A stretch of DNA of 47,274 bases from Bacteriovoracaceae bacterium (GCA_023954595.1 JAGSHJ010000001.1:1-47274), one strand, 5' to 3'; shown: positions 1-10,180, counted from the stretch's first letter. The notes: a model not told the origin generated them from the letters alone. Made by a program: numbers and translations.

Positions 1-335
1 GAGAAGTGTAGATTCTCACCCCAATCAAAACCAAGCCACTCAATATCTTCTTTAATAGCGTTTACATACTCGGTGCTTTCTTTAAGTGGATTTGTATCAT
101 CAAATCTAAGGTGACAACGAGTTTTCTCATTGTCCCTGGCCAAACCAAAGTTTAAGCAAATTGATTTAGTATGTCCCAAGTGCAAGTAGCCATTTGGCTC
201 TGGAGGAAAACGTGTGATTACCCAGCCATCATGTTTGCCGCTTTTTAAGTCGTCAGCAATGATGTTTTCAATAAAGTTACGGTGCTCTTTTTGATCTGTT
301 GGCACGCCCTTTTCCATTTCAACTTCGTTACTCAT
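1..335 (-). CDS. glnS: glutaminyl-tRNA synthetase, N-terminal part (gene continues past the left edge)
   Basis: Absent from the ORF track because it has no stop codon in the window. Reverse-strand translation from the ATG at 335..333 reads [83 protein letters not shown]. This is the GlnRS-type context of the class I HIGH motif ([14 protein letters not shown]). The ATG overlaps the gltX TAA by 1 nt (TAATG). Confidence 0.85.
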   Translation of the reverse strand, partial: MSNEVEMEKGVPTDQKEHRNFIENIIADDLKSGKHDGWVITRFPPEPNGYLHLGHTKSICLNFGLARDNEKTRCHLRFDDTNPLKESTEYVNAIKEDIEWLGFDWGENLHF

Positions 336-1774
336 TATTTACCTGCTTTCTCTAATCTTTTTTTCAAAATATGCACTGGTGTCAAAGAGATTAAGACCTT
401 TAAATCTGGACCATGATTTTGCCCAGTAAGTAGAACTCTAAAGCCCATGAATAAAGGCTTGCCTTTAATCTTCAACTCTTTCTTACAGTAGTTCATCCAA
501 TCAGCAAGGTCTTGCTCTTGAATAAAGCTTGCCTGCGCCTCATTAAGTCTTTCAACAAGGTATTCTCTTATCTGAGGAGTTGTTTCCCATGATAGGGCCT
601 CTTTAGCCTCGTCAGAGAATTCAACATTTTCATCAAGAACATATTGATCAAGTTGTGTCTCAAACTCTGAGTATAAATCAATTTTTTCTTTATAAAGTGC
701 TACACACTTTTGTTTCCACTCAGCATTTTGCTTATGAAAAAAGTGTCCGTGGGAAACATGTCCCTCTAGGTCTTTAACGATAACTTCGTCACTTGAATTT
801 TTTAAATGCTGTCCATTCATCCACTTTAATTTTTCAGTGTCATAAATAGCATGCGATTTACTAAAGCGATCCAAGTTAAAGACTTCATACAACTCTTCCA
901 GGCCAAAAATATCTTTTTCATCCGGGTGAGACCAACCAAGCAAACATAGGTAATTTGCCAATGCCTGTGGAAGGTAGCTCTCTTCTTTATAAAGAGTTAC
1001 AGAAGTGGCTCCATGACGCTTTGAAAGCTTTTGTCTGTCTTTGCCAATTAGAAGAGATACATGGGCAAAGATTGGAGGTTTGGCTTCTAGTGCTTCATAA
1101 ATCATTAATTGTCTTAATGTGTTGTTTACGTGATCTTCACCTCTAATAACGTGAGTTATTTTATGCATATGATCGTCAACAACATTACAGAAGTTGTATA
1201 CCGGCATTTCATTTGAACGCAATATTACGAAGTCTCCTACCATTCCTTTTGGAAAAGTAACTTCTCCTCTAACCTTGTCCTCAAAAGTATAATCCTTCTC
1301 AGGGGCCAAAAATCTAATTGGTGCTTTTTCACCATTGGCGATTCTGGCCTTTGCCTCATCCCAATGCTTTGGCTCTCGCCACTTTCCAGTATAAGCAGGA
1401 GCGCCCTCACTCATACTTTTCTCTCTCATCTGCTCAAGTTCTTCTTCACTACAAAAGTCGTAAAAAGCTTTCCCTTGCTCAACAAGTTTTAGGGCCTCAG
1501 CTTTATAAATATCAAGTCTTTCAGATTGTCTGTAAGGTCCAAACTCATCCTCTTTTCCTGGGCCGATATCATAATCAATCCCAAGCCATTTAAGATCTGC
1601 AAGTTGTTCAACTTCGTATTCTTTGCTGCTTCTTTCTTGGTCAGTATCTTCAACTCTAACAATGAATTGACCACCATTTGCTTTGGCAAAAAGATAGTTA
1701 TAAAGAGCGGTTCTAGCTCCACCAATGTGTAAATAACCTGTAGGGCTTGGCGCGAATCTTACGCGGATGGACAT
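335..1774 (-). CDS. gltX: glutamyl-tRNA synthetase
   Basis: 479 aa. N-terminus is [28 protein letters not shown] (HIGH motif) and KLSKRHG (KMSKS motif) is present. AAGGAG lies 5 nt upstream of the ATG. Confidence 0.95.
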   Translation of the reverse strand: MSIRVRFAPSPTGYLHIGGARTALYNYLFAKANGGQFIVRVEDTDQERSSKEYEVEQLADLKWLGIDYDIGPGKEDEFGPYRQSERLDIYKAEALKLVEQGKAFYDFCSEEELEQMREKSMSEGAPAYTGKWREPKHWDEAKARIANGEKAPIRFLAPEKDYTFEDKVRGEVTFPKGMVGDFVILRSNEMPVYNFCNVVDDHMHKITHVIRGEDHVNNTLRQLMIYEALEAKPPIFAHVSLLIGKDRQKLSKRHGATSVTLYKEESYLPQALANYLCLLGWSHPDEKDIFGLEELYEVFNLDRFSKSHAIYDTEKLKWMNGQHLKNSSDEVIVKDLEGHVSHGHFFHKQNAEWKQKCVALYKEKIDLYSEFETQLDQYVLDENVEFSDEAKEALSWETTPQIREYLVERLNEAQASFIQEQDLADWMNYCKKELKIKGKPLFMGFRVLLTGQNHGPDLKVLISLTPVHILKKRLEKAGK

Positions 1775-1902
1775 GGCAACTCCTTGAATATGAGAATTTT
1801 ACTCATAAATTAAGTAATTATAGGTATATACCTAAGCTAGCTGCGTTTGAAAAGCTGAGAACCTAAAATCTAGATGGTGAGTTTAATGATTTCGAAGTGG
1901 GG

Positions 1903-1930
1903 CAAAAAAAAAGGCCTGAGAAACAGGCCT
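1903..1930 (-). terminator. rho-independent terminator downstream of cdnL
   Basis: Stem AGGCCTG (1912..1918) pairs with CAGGCCT (1924..1930) around a 5-nt loop. On the minus strand it is followed by a run of 9 T (the A-run at 1904..1912). Confidence 0.6.
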
Positions 1931-1951
1931 TTTAGAGTTCAATTGTTTTAA

Positions 1952-2428
1952 TTATTCGCCAAAACAGCTTTCAATTTTAGTTGATATCTCACCTTCAGGG
2001 TCACCTGTTGAGATTGCGATCTCTTTAATGATCAAGTCTTTACACTGATCCATCATTTTTCTTTCACCAAAAGAGAGCTTCTTTGAGGTTCTAAGTAGAA
2101 ATAGAGAGCGTAAAACGTCTGCAATCTCCAATAGAGAGCCTGTTTTTACTTTAGCTAGGTATTCGCGGTGTCTTCTGTTCCAAGTGGAGTTATCCACCTT
2201 AACGTCATGATCTGCTAATAGGCTGAATACTTCAGTAATTTCGTTATTTGAAACCAGTTCTCTGACGCCATCTTCATTATCAGTTGGAACCATAACAGTC
2301 ATGCCATTGGATATAATCTTAATTATGTAAAAAGACTTTTCCGCATCGCCTAGCTGTTTTGTTTCCACGTTTGTAATCTGACCGACACCATGACCTGGGC
2401 AAACCACATAACTTCCTAAATCAAACAT
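1952..2428 (-). CDS. cdnL: CarD/CdnL family RNA-polymerase-binding transcription factor
   Basis: MFDLGSYVVCPGHGVGQITNVETKQLGDAEKSFYIIKI is the CarD_CdnL_TRCF N-terminal domain. I moved the start from the TTG at 2503 to the ATG at 2428, which has AAGGA 5 nt upstream and gives a typical length of about 158 aa. Confidence 0.85.
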   Translation of the reverse strand: MFDLGSYVVCPGHGVGQITNVETKQLGDAEKSFYIIKIISNGMTVMVPTDNEDGVRELVSNNEITEVFSLLADHDVKVDNSTWNRRHREYLAKVKTGSLLEIADVLRSLFLLRTSKKLSFGERKMMDQCKDLIIKEIAISTGDPEGEISTKIESCFGE

Positions 2429-2654
2429 AAAGATCCTTGGTTGAGTTCCTGTATATTTCAGTTTATACAATTCAATATTAACGCACCGTGACTCGATTAA
2501 CAATTAGATTGTAAATTTTATACACACCTCTTTATTTTAAGACACTTTTCATTGTATAAGCCCGAGCCCATTCAAATACCCGTTTTTATAAGGATTTATG
2601 TCTCTCTTTTTTAGAAGCACGGTAGTTGCTTTTAGCTTCTAATCCCTTCAGAAT

Positions 2655-2942
2655 ATGGGTATGAAAACGACTAAAATTTTGACACTTTCCTTACTTATCT
2701 CTTCTACGCTATTTATTGGCTGTGAGAGCACTCAAACCCAAAGCATGGAAGGCTTTACTATAGATGGCCAAAAAAGCTCCTGTGAGCCCATGGAAAAGGA
2801 TAAGATCTGTACTGAGATCTTTACCATCCAAGATCGCTTTGGAGCTCAATGCGGCCAGGAAGGGCACGAGGCCATTCGTTGTGATTGTCATGAATATTTA
2901 TGTAAAACTAAAGACGGTAAGCCTCTAAAGTTTGAGAAATAG
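2655..2942 (+). CDS. small Cys-rich lipoprotein, unknown function
   Basis: 95 aa. Signal peptide plus lipobox (LFIG-C). The mature part carries six further Cys. No family recognised. Confidence 0.55.
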   Translation: MGMKTTKILTLSLLISSTLFIGCESTQTQSMEGFTIDGQKSSCEPMEKDKICTEIFTIQDRFGAQCGQEGHEAIRCDCHEYLCKTKDGKPLKFEK

Positions 2943-2943
2943 G

Positions 2944-2978
2944 CAAAAAAAAGCGGAGCCTAAGCTCCGCTATCTTTT
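2944..2978. terminator. bidirectional rho-independent terminator between convergent genes
   Basis: Stem AGCGGAGC (2952..2959) pairs with GCTCCGCT (2964..2971) around a 4-nt loop. It is flanked by an A-run upstream and a T-rich tract downstream, so it can serve both the lipoprotein gene (+) and ndk (-). Confidence 0.65.
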
Positions 2979-2986
2979 AGATTGAA

Positions 2987-3415
2987 TTAGAATCTATCTA
3001 CGATCTCGTTTTTTTCGAAAAAGTAAGAGATTTCTCTCTCAGCAGACTGAGCTGAGTCAGAACCGTGAACAGCGTTTTCGCCAATAGACTTAGCGTAAAG
3101 CTTTCTAATAGTTCCTTCTGCTGCTTCAGCAGGGTTAGTTGCACCCATTAGCTCTCTGTTCTTAGTAACAGCGTTGTCACCTTCTAGAACCATAAGAAGA
3201 ACTGGACCACTAGTCATGAAATCAACAAGTTCGCCGAAAAATGGACGATCTTTGTGCTCAATGTAGAAGCCTTCAGCTTTTTCTTTAGATAATTGAGCAA
3301 ACTTAGCCGCAGAAACGCGAAGGTCGTTTTTCTCAAAAATAGAAATAATATTGCCAATATTGTTATCCAAAGTGGCATTTGGTTTGATAATTGAAAATGT
3401 TTTTTCGTTAGCCAT
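2987..3415 (-). CDS. ndk: nucleoside diphosphate kinase
   Basis: 142 aa. TFSIIKPNA..., NAVHGSDS (active-site His context) and the typical Ndk length. Confidence 0.95.
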   Translation of the reverse strand: MANEKTFSIIKPNATLDNNIGNIISIFEKNDLRVSAAKFAQLSKEKAEGFYIEHKDRPFFGELVDFMTSGPVLLMVLEGDNAVTKNRELMGATNPAEAAEGTIRKLYAKSIGENAVHGSDSAQSAEREISYFFEKNEIVDRF

Positions 3416-3454
3416 GATTAACTCCTTAAACTTTAATTGTGAGCTCTTTTACAC

Positions 3455-4324
3455 TTATTTAAGAACTTGCGCAACTTTTTCGCCAAGCTCAGCAGGAGAA
3501 CGAGCGATTGTCACACCACATTCTTCCAATACCTTATACTTAGCTTCAGCCGTATCATCTCCACCAGAGATAATTGCACCCGCGTGACCCATTCTTTTAC
3601 CTGCAGGAGCACTTGCTCCAGCGATGAATGAAACAACTGGCTTAGACATGTTCTCTTTAATCCATCTACCAGCGTCAGTCTCAGCGTTTCCACCGATTTC
3701 ACCGATCATGATTACTGCGTCAGTCTCAGGATCTTTCTCAAATAGCTCTAAACAATCGATGAAGTTTGTTCCATTAACTGGATCTCCACCAATACCAACA
3801 CAAGTTGATTGACCAATCTCTCTTTGAGTTAATTGATAAACAGCTTCGTAAGTAAGAGTCCCTGAACGAGAAATAACACCTACTCTACCTGGCATATGGA
3901 TATGACCTGGCATAATACCGATCTTACACTCACCTGGAGTGATTACACCTGGACAGTTTGGACCGATAAGTCTTGAGTTAGAGCCTCTAAGAGCTGCTTT
4001 AACCTTAACCATATCATTAATAGGAATACCTTCAGTAATTGCAATAATTAAAGGAATACCAGCGTCGATACACTCTAGAATTGAGTCAGCTGCAAATGGA
4101 GGCGGAACAAAAATCATCGCCGCATTCGCGTCTGTTGCTTCGATACACTCTTTAACTGTATTAAATACAGGAATGCCTTCGTGAGTCATTCCACCTTTAC
4201 CTGGAGTTACACCACCAACAACGTTAGTGCCGTAGTCTCTAGATTGCAAAGTGTGAAAAGTACCTTGCTTACCTGTAACACCTACAGTGATTAGCTTTGT
4301 GTCTCTATTTATTAAAATAGCCAT
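3455..4324 (-). CDS. sucD: succinyl-CoA ligase subunit alpha
   Basis: 289 aa. [12 protein letters not shown] and [11 protein letters not shown] (phosphohistidine loop). The ATG overlaps the sucC TAA (TAATG). Confidence 0.95.
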   Translation of the reverse strand: MAILINRDTKLITVGVTGKQGTFHTLQSRDYGTNVVGGVTPGKGGMTHEGIPVFNTVKECIEATDANAAMIFVPPPFAADSILECIDAGIPLIIAITEGIPINDMVKVKAALRGSNSRLIGPNCPGVITPGECKIGIMPGHIHMPGRVGVISRSGTLTYEAVYQLTQREIGQSTCVGIGGDPVNGTNFIDCLELFEKDPETDAVIMIGEIGGNAETDAGRWIKENMSKPVVSFIAGASAPAGKRMGHAGAIISGGDDTAEAKYKVLEECGVTIARSPAELGEKVAQVLK

Positions 4325-5493
4325 TACTTATCTCCTTTTGCGGCCTCTACGGCCTTCTTAGCTGCATCAGCCAAGTCGTCTGCCGGAGTTATCGCCAAAC
4401 CAGATTCATTCAAAATCTTTTTACCTAAATTAACATTAGTACCTTCTAGTCTAACAACTAGAGGAACTTTCAAGTCCAATTCTTTAGCTGCAGCAACAAC
4501 GCCTTCAGCGATGATGTCACACTTCATAATACCACCGAAGATATTAACTAGAATTGCACTTACGTTTTCATCTTCAAGAATGATTGAGAATGCTTTTTGT
4601 ACAGTTTCTTTTGTAGCTCCGCCCCCTACATCCAAAAAGTTCGCTGGCTCTCCGCCATGAATTTTTAGAATATCTAGAGTACCCATCGCTAGGCCTGCAC
4701 CGTTTACTAGACAACCAATGTTTCCATCTAGTGAGATGTAAGAAAGACCAAACTTTCCTGCTTCCAATTCTTGCTCAGACTCTTCAGTAACGTCTCTCAT
4801 AGCTTCAATATCAGCATGTCTAAATAGAGCGTTGTCGTCAAAGTTCAACTTAGCGTCTAGTGCGATTACATCGCCGCTTTTAGTTGTAACAAGAGGGTTG
4901 ATCTCTGCAATTGAACAATCTTTTGCCATATACATGTTGTATAGACCTTGAAAGAACTTGTTTGCTTTCTTAAGAGTGTCGCCTTTTAGACCAATACCAA
5001 AGCCCAACTTTCTTCCAATAAATGGAGTAAAGCCTACTGCTGGATCAACAGCAACTTTGATAATTTTCTCTGGAGAATTAGCAGCAACCTCTTCAATGTC
5101 AACGCCGCCTTCTTCAGAAGCCATGAAAGTTACTCTTCCAGTGTTTCTGTCCAATACGATACCAACATAATATTCGTGATCGATGTCGCAACCTTGTTCA
5201 ATAAGAATTTGGTTAACTAGCTTTCCTTCAGGACCTGTTTGATGAGTTACCAAGGTCATCCCAAGGATTTCATTCGCGTGTGCCTTTACTTCGTCTAAAG
5301 TCTTAGCAAGCTTTACCCCGCCGCCTTTACCACGTCCACCGGCATGAATTTGAGCTTTAACAACCCAAACGTTCCCGCCAAGTTTCTTTGCCACCTCGAC
5401 AGCTTCGTCTGGTGTTTTGGCAATTCCACCGTTCAACACCGAAATGTTAAACTCTCTCATCAGGTCTTTTGCCTGATACTCATGCACATTCAT
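4324..5493 (-). CDS. sucC: succinyl-CoA ligase subunit beta
   Basis: 389 aa. [15 protein letters not shown]..., an ATP-grasp domain, and a typical sucC-sucD order. Confidence 0.95.
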   Translation of the reverse strand: MNVHEYQAKDLMREFNISVLNGGIAKTPDEAVEVAKKLGGNVWVVKAQIHAGGRGKGGGVKLAKTLDEVKAHANEILGMTLVTHQTGPEGKLVNQILIEQGCDIDHEYYVGIVLDRNTGRVTFMASEEGGVDIEEVAANSPEKIIKVAVDPAVGFTPFIGRKLGFGIGLKGDTLKKANKFFQGLYNMYMAKDCSIAEINPLVTTKSGDVIALDAKLNFDDNALFRHADIEAMRDVTEESEQELEAGKFGLSYISLDGNIGCLVNGAGLAMGTLDILKIHGGEPANFLDVGGGATKETVQKAFSIILEDENVSAILVNIFGGIMKCDIIAEGVVAAAKELDLKVPLVVRLEGTNVNLGKKILNESGLAITPADDLADAAKKAVEAAKGDK

Positions 5494-5668
5494 AGTGACT
5501 CCTTAATAGCGTTATTTTGTCTCTTGATGACTATTCGTGTCTAAACTTTTGTTAACTTAGCCTAAATTATAGAGATTTTTAATCAATGGGCAACAGACAA
5601 TATTGGAAGAATCGGACCATTTTGATTAAAATAGTCCTCGCGCTTAGCGTTGAAACAAAGGAAATAAA

Positions 5669-6535
5669 ATGAAAATCTCACTTCTGCACCCTTCGACCTT
5701 TAAATTAGATGGTGGGGCCATGTTTGGAATCATTCCAAAACCCCTATGGGAGCGGAAGATTAGACCTGATGAACTAAATAGAATTCCCATGAGCCTCAGG
5801 GTTGTACTCATTGAAACCAAGAATAAAAAGATTCTAATTGATACAGGTATTGGCGATTATCATGGTGAGAAATTTGATAAACAATTTGCAGTTATAGGCA
5901 AGAAATCCCCGTTGATCAACGCCCTGAAAGAAGCAGACATTGAGGCAGATCAAATAACTGACATAATCCTGACTCATTTACACTTTGACCATGTCGGTGG
6001 CCTAGGCCATGGAACACAAGAGCATAAAAGACTCTTTCCTCAAGCACGTATTCACGTTCATAAAAAGCATTATGAATATGCCAAGAATCCAACTAAACGA
6101 GATGCCGGCTCCTTTCAAACAAAGTTCTTCCTCCCCCTTATGGAGCAGTATGAAAAAGAAAATAAGATTCATTTTTTAGACTCTGATAAAGGCGAGATTT
6201 TAAGTGATGAAGGAGAAAAGATTGAATTTCTTACAAGCTTTGGTCACACTCCTCACATGATACACCCAGTATTTGAGAATTATATCTACATGGCAGACCT
6301 TGTTCCAATGTCACACCATGTGAATATCCCTTGGGTGATGGGCTATGATTTAGAACCAGGAACTACGACGGTATACAAAGAAAAGTTTTACAATTATGTC
6401 CAAGACAAAGATTTAACCATGATTTTTGAACATGACATGGATGTATGGGGCGGGAAGCTTGCAGTTGATGATAAGGGGCGCTTCATCCTTCAACAACCAC
6501 AAGAGAGTAAAAAGTTGGTTGTTGAAAGAATTTAG
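5669..6535 (+). CDS. MBL-fold metallo-hydrolase
   Basis: 288 aa. LTHLHFDHVGG (HxHxDH zinc motif). Substrate not inferable. Confidence 0.75.
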   Translation: MKISLLHPSTFKLDGGAMFGIIPKPLWERKIRPDELNRIPMSLRVVLIETKNKKILIDTGIGDYHGEKFDKQFAVIGKKSPLINALKEADIEADQITDIILTHLHFDHVGGLGHGTQEHKRLFPQARIHVHKKHYEYAKNPTKRDAGSFQTKFFLPLMEQYEKENKIHFLDSDKGEILSDEGEKIEFLTSFGHTPHMIHPVFENYIYMADLVPMSHHVNIPWVMGYDLEPGTTTVYKEKFYNYVQDKDLTMIFEHDMDVWGGKLAVDDKGRFILQQPQESKKLVVERI

Positions 6536-7998
6536 CTATCTGCAGATTTATCTCTTAAAGACTCAATCCTCTCAGAGACTGTGGTCGAGATAGTTTTAAA
6601 TGATTTTTTTATCTTGTTTTCGGCCTCTAGCCTCTCTCTGCCGTTTTGAGGGTCCTTTACGCTTTTAAGCAACTCTAAGGCCCTCATCGTTTCAGCCCCT
6701 ACTCTTTTGGCTATTTTGGTAAGCCTTGTATAGCTTGATACGACTTCCACTTTATTATGGAACTCTTTTCTTTTTAGATCTTCATATGCAAATTCATTTT
6801 GAATAACAAAGCTTGTAAAAAAGTTCCCAAAGTTTCTAATGTATTCTTTTTCAAAGTTCTCAATAGAGTTGTTCCAGTGGTTGCTATCACTTTGGAAAAT
6901 TTTTGACATGGCCTTCTCTATCTTAAGCGACATGGCATTTACAGTCTGATATTTTTGAAGAAGCTCCTCCCAAAAGATGGAGTCATTCGTTTTCTGTTTT
7001 TCTTCAAATGAAGTTAATGCCCTTTCAAAAGCTTCCTTGGAAAATGAGGTCAAAAGCATCTGTTGACTAAAATCAAAGCTTTGTTGTTTCTTGCTGAACT
7101 TTGCAACAAGTGGAACTTCCAAGTTCGAAGAGTTTCTGATCTCAACGTTATACATGCCATCCACAAGTCTTTGTCCTTGTTCGAATTCAAAATTCTTGAA
7201 TTCTATGACCCTATTTTCTAGCGTTCCAGTAGACTGAGCAACAACTTTTTTTGTTGAAAGAACTTTGCCATCGATACTATTTAACTTTAAAGAAACCTCC
7301 CCTCTAAAGGGAGAATTAGTAGCAACCCAAAGGCCACTTTTATCGCCGGCCATAGCTATTGCAAATTGGTTCTGACCTTCTTTTTGAGCGGTTTGAATTA
7401 ATTTATTATAGTCGTTAAGACTCATTTTATTAGGCCGTGGAAATGGTTTGAACTGAGATGCGTAATAGAACCAACCAGCACCCGCCCCACCAATAATAAT
7501 TAATAAGACAGCAATGGTTGCAAAAATCTTAAAAAGATTTGGACCACGACTATTGCTCTCAGGCTCCACGTCATCTTCAAGGTGTTGTTCAGCAATTGGC
7601 TCATCTTGTGCTTGTTCTGTAGGTACAGCAACAGGAGTCGGTGGTGGATTAAATTCAGGGACGACCGATTCTACTTTCTCAGCAGCTTCACTTACAGAAG
7701 AAACCAAATGCTGCTTTGAAGGAGCTTTCAACACCTCTGGTGGCAATGGAGGTGGAACTTCGTCCTCTTCTTCAGTAGGAATAGGAATATTAAAGGCAGG
7801 TGGTGCCACTTCTACAAAGAGGTCTTCGTAAGATTGGGCCTTGCCCATACCATCACGCCATAGCATTGTGCTATTGGAAATCTCTCCATTAATATGTAAA
7901 CGCTTTAGATCCTCATCTTGGAATGGGCCTAAATGTTCATTTTCTTTTATAACAAACCAGTTCATGTGATAACTTTGCGATGAAAATTGTATTGTCAT
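6532..7998 (-). CDS. GYF_2 (DUF4339)-domain membrane protein with a Pro-rich linker
   Basis: 488 aa. N-terminal WFVIKENEHLGPFQDEDLKRLHINGEISNSTMLWRDGMGKAQSYEDL matches the bacterial GYF-like domain. A PPPLPPE/PPPTP linker follows, then one TM segment (IFATIAVLLIIIGGAGAGWFYY) and an unassigned C-terminal domain of about 300 aa. Confidence 0.6.
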   Translation of the reverse strand: MTIQFSSQSYHMNWFVIKENEHLGPFQDEDLKRLHINGEISNSTMLWRDGMGKAQSYEDLFVEVAPPAFNIPIPTEEEDEVPPPLPPEVLKAPSKQHLVSSVSEAAEKVESVVPEFNPPPTPVAVPTEQAQDEPIAEQHLEDDVEPESNSRGPNLFKIFATIAVLLIIIGGAGAGWFYYASQFKPFPRPNKMSLNDYNKLIQTAQKEGQNQFAIAMAGDKSGLWVATNSPFRGEVSLKLNSIDGKVLSTKKVVAQSTGTLENRVIEFKNFEFEQGQRLVDGMYNVEIRNSSNLEVPLVAKFSKKQQSFDFSQQMLLTSFSKEAFERALTSFEEKQKTNDSIFWEELLQKYQTVNAMSLKIEKAMSKIFQSDSNHWNNSIENFEKEYIRNFGNFFTSFVIQNEFAYEDLKRKEFHNKVEVVSSYTRLTKIAKRVGAETMRALELLKSVKDPQNGRERLEAENKIKKSFKTISTTVSERIESLRDKSADS

Positions 7999-8039
7999 AG
8001 TATTATATATTAAACCGCTTCACACAATGGAAAACAAAA

Positions 8040-8939
8040 ATGGAAAAAACCAACAAGCGATATTCCGACTCAATAGCTTCCAAATTTTCTACTAAAGAAA
8101 ATCCTGACTGTTTAATTCTAAAAGCATGTTCAGATATTGGAGTAAGAAGAAATAAAGGAAGAAATGGAGCCAGATATGCTCCCTTAGCGATTGAGAATGC
8201 TCTTAAAAAGCTCAATCACCACCTAGCATTAGACACCTTTCACTCAGAGCAGGTCTCTTACCAAGAAGAAGAGATAAATGATTATGACCAAGCAATAGAT
8301 CTAAGTGCACAAAGAATTGCAAAGAATATAGCCTCGCCTCATAAGGCCTGTATTCATATAGGTGGCGGTCATGACCATGCCCTCCCCCTTCTAAGAGCAC
8401 TGGATGAGACTACAAAACAAAATACTCTCATCATAAATTTCGATGCCCATTGCGATACACGCGTTGATGACCGTAAACATTCTGGAACTCCATTCAGGGA
8501 TTTTGACAGAGAGTCCAAGAACAAATTTCACCTTTTCCAAGTAGGGATTCATGAGTTCGCCAACAGTAGAGACACACTTTCAAAGCTTGAAAACAACAGC
8601 GAGGAGATTCTCTTCACAAAAGATATAAGAGATTACAAGTCCCCACTCGACTTTGTAGACAAGGTATTCGAAAGTTGTCCTTTTACTATCAATGAAGATA
8701 CCAACCTATTTATTAGTATTGATTGTGATGCCTTATCATCCTCTGTAATGAGTGCCGTCAGTGCTGTAAACCATGATGGAATAGAGCCAAAGCTTTTGTT
8801 GGAATGGATTGAAGTATTAAAGGACTTCCCTTGTAAAAGAAAGGTTTTAGGGATTTATGAGTACAACCCAGTGTTTGAAGGTTTATCTCAAAAGGGTTCA
8901 AGATACCTTGCAGGTTTAATCTATAAATATTTAAGCTGA
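8040..8939 (+). CDS. arginase-family hydrolase (formimidoylglutamase/agmatinase-like)
   Basis: 299 aa. Metal-binding motifs of the ureohydrolase fold are present: GGGHDHA, INFDAHCDTR and SIDCDAL. Confidence 0.7.
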   Translation: MEKTNKRYSDSIASKFSTKENPDCLILKACSDIGVRRNKGRNGARYAPLAIENALKKLNHHLALDTFHSEQVSYQEEEINDYDQAIDLSAQRIAKNIASPHKACIHIGGGHDHALPLLRALDETTKQNTLIINFDAHCDTRVDDRKHSGTPFRDFDRESKNKFHLFQVGIHEFANSRDTLSKLENNSEEILFTKDIRDYKSPLDFVDKVFESCPFTINEDTNLFISIDCDALSSSVMSAVSAVNHDGIEPKLLLEWIEVLKDFPCKRKVLGIYEYNPVFEGLSQKGSRYLAGLIYKYLS

Positions 8940-8961
8940 TTCTAATTTTTGGAAATAAAAA

Positions 8962-8991
8962 AGCCTGCGAGAAATCGCAGGCTTTTTTTTC
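8962..8991 (+). terminator. rho-independent terminator
   Basis: Stem AGCCTGCGA (8962..8970) pairs with TCGCAGGCT (8975..8983) around a GAAA loop, followed by a run of 8 T. Confidence 0.8.
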
Positions 8992-9368
8992 GAGAGACAT
9001 AAGGAGAAGTTATAAAAAAATCCTTTTCTTATAACCCCAACACACACACGCATATATAGTAAGCAAGTCCTGTGCCAACTTTTGTCTAACATTCTTGAGT
9101 TATAAGTGGTTGATAACACATAAATGGCCTGTCATATTTTTGAAAACTACATGTCAGACGACACAACGCAAAACTATTGTGCTATACTTTTTCCAAATCA
9201 AAACTCAATTCATCTAAAAAACTCAGGAAAAAATTTAACTCACCGATAAGCATCACATAAATGATGACATTAATTGCTTAGTTCTTTTTACTTCAAAAAT
9301 GAGCTAGGTATGCGATAATACTTAAAGATAAACTTTTAACTACCTGTAATTACAAAAAGGAAAAATCG

Positions 9369-9878
9369 ATGAAAGCAACTAGCAGAAACTTATTTATGAC
9401 CTTGATTACTCTATTCGCACTTTCTATGACTGGGTGTGCATCAAACTCTGAAAAAGCTGACGGCAGTGCATCTGAAAGCGTTGTTAGTGACGCTGGTTCA
9501 GCTCCACTAGAGCTTAACGGTTCAAGTGATGACAACACAGCTGGTGTTTTAGAAACTGTTTACTTTGACTTTGACTCTTCAAGACTAACTTCTGCTGCAA
9601 GAGGTACACTTGAGAGAAACGCAGAGTTTCTAAAGAACAATCAGAACGTTGACATTCAAATTGAAGGTCACGCTGATGAAAGAGGCGGAGAGCAGTACAA
9701 CTTGGCACTTGGTGAAAGAAGAGCAAGATCTGTAAAAGATTACCTTACAGCTTTGGGTGTAGATGCAAACAGAGTTTCAGTAATCTCTTTCGGTAAAACA
9801 ACTCCAAAAGCTTTTGGACACAACGAGCAAGCATGGTCTCAAAACAGACGTGCAAACTTTGTTATTACTGCTAAGTAA
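9369..9878 (+). CDS. pal: peptidoglycan-associated lipoprotein (OmpA-family)
   Basis: 169 aa. Lipobox MTG-C. VYFDFDSSRLTSAARGTLERNAEFLKNNQNVDIQIEGHADERGGEQYNLALGERRARSVKDYL is the canonical Pal/OmpA_C signature. Confidence 0.9.
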   Translation: MKATSRNLFMTLITLFALSMTGCASNSEKADGSASESVVSDAGSAPLELNGSSDDNTAGVLETVYFDFDSSRLTSAARGTLERNAEFLKNNQNVDIQIEGHADERGGEQYNLALGERRARSVKDYLTALGVDANRVSVISFGKTTPKAFGHNEQAWSQNRRANFVITAK

Positions 9879-10180
9879 TGTTTAAAGTTCTTGTCTTAAA
9901 ATTACTCATAATTTTGACAATATCGGCGTGTGGTTTAACCACCACACGTCCGAAACAAGAAATGAGCTATGCTCAATCCGCTTTTTTAGCCGCTAAAGAA
10001 GCAAAAGCCGAAGTTCACTCCCCTACATTTTTTAGAAAAGCTGAAATCTACTACTTAAAGGCGAAATCGGCCTATAGGCGAAAGTATTTTAATAAGGCTA
10101 AAAGCTACGCGAAACTATCCCAAAAATTCAGTGAAAAAGCTGAAATGGATGCGGTTAAAAAAGTCCTCCTAAATCGCTAA
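9878..10180 (+). CDS. small helical lipoprotein (DUF4398-like)
   Basis: 100 aa. Lipobox ISA-C. The rest is Ala/Lys-rich and helical (AQSAFLAAKEAKAEVHSPTFFRKAEIYYLKAKSAY). The ATG overlaps the pal TAA (TAATG). Confidence 0.55.
   Translation: MFKVLVLKLLIILTISACGLTTTRPKQEMSYAQSAFLAAKEAKAEVHSPTFFRKAEIYYLKAKSAYRRKYFNKAKSYAKLSQKFSEKAEMDAVKKVLLNR

Noticed and set aside
2429-2503. The ORF track shows N-terminal extensions for cdnL (to 2503), tsaD (from 12533), the unknown protein (to 17310), the globin (from 19617), the GldG-like gene (to 23689), the ABC ATPase (to 25400), nadE (from 28795) and ald (from 40812).
   Set aside because: These extensions start at TTG/GTG or lack an RBS. They overlap upstream genes or add residues ahead of well-conserved family N-termini. 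Internal ATGs with an SD or a TAATG coupling fit better.
7514-7831. A 105-aa plus-strand ORF lies antisense to the GYF/Pro-rich gene.
   Set aside because: It is the Gly/Ser-rich reverse reading of the proline-rich linker. It has no RBS, and the opposite strand has a much longer motif-bearing ORF.
8003-8215. A 70-aa minus-strand ORF spans the divergent region and the 5' end of the arginase-family gene. Minus-strand ORFs at 8758..9000 and 8931..9119 cross the terminator.
   Set aside because: There is no RBS, and each overlaps a stronger gene or the 8962..8991 terminator hairpin. They are likely spurious.
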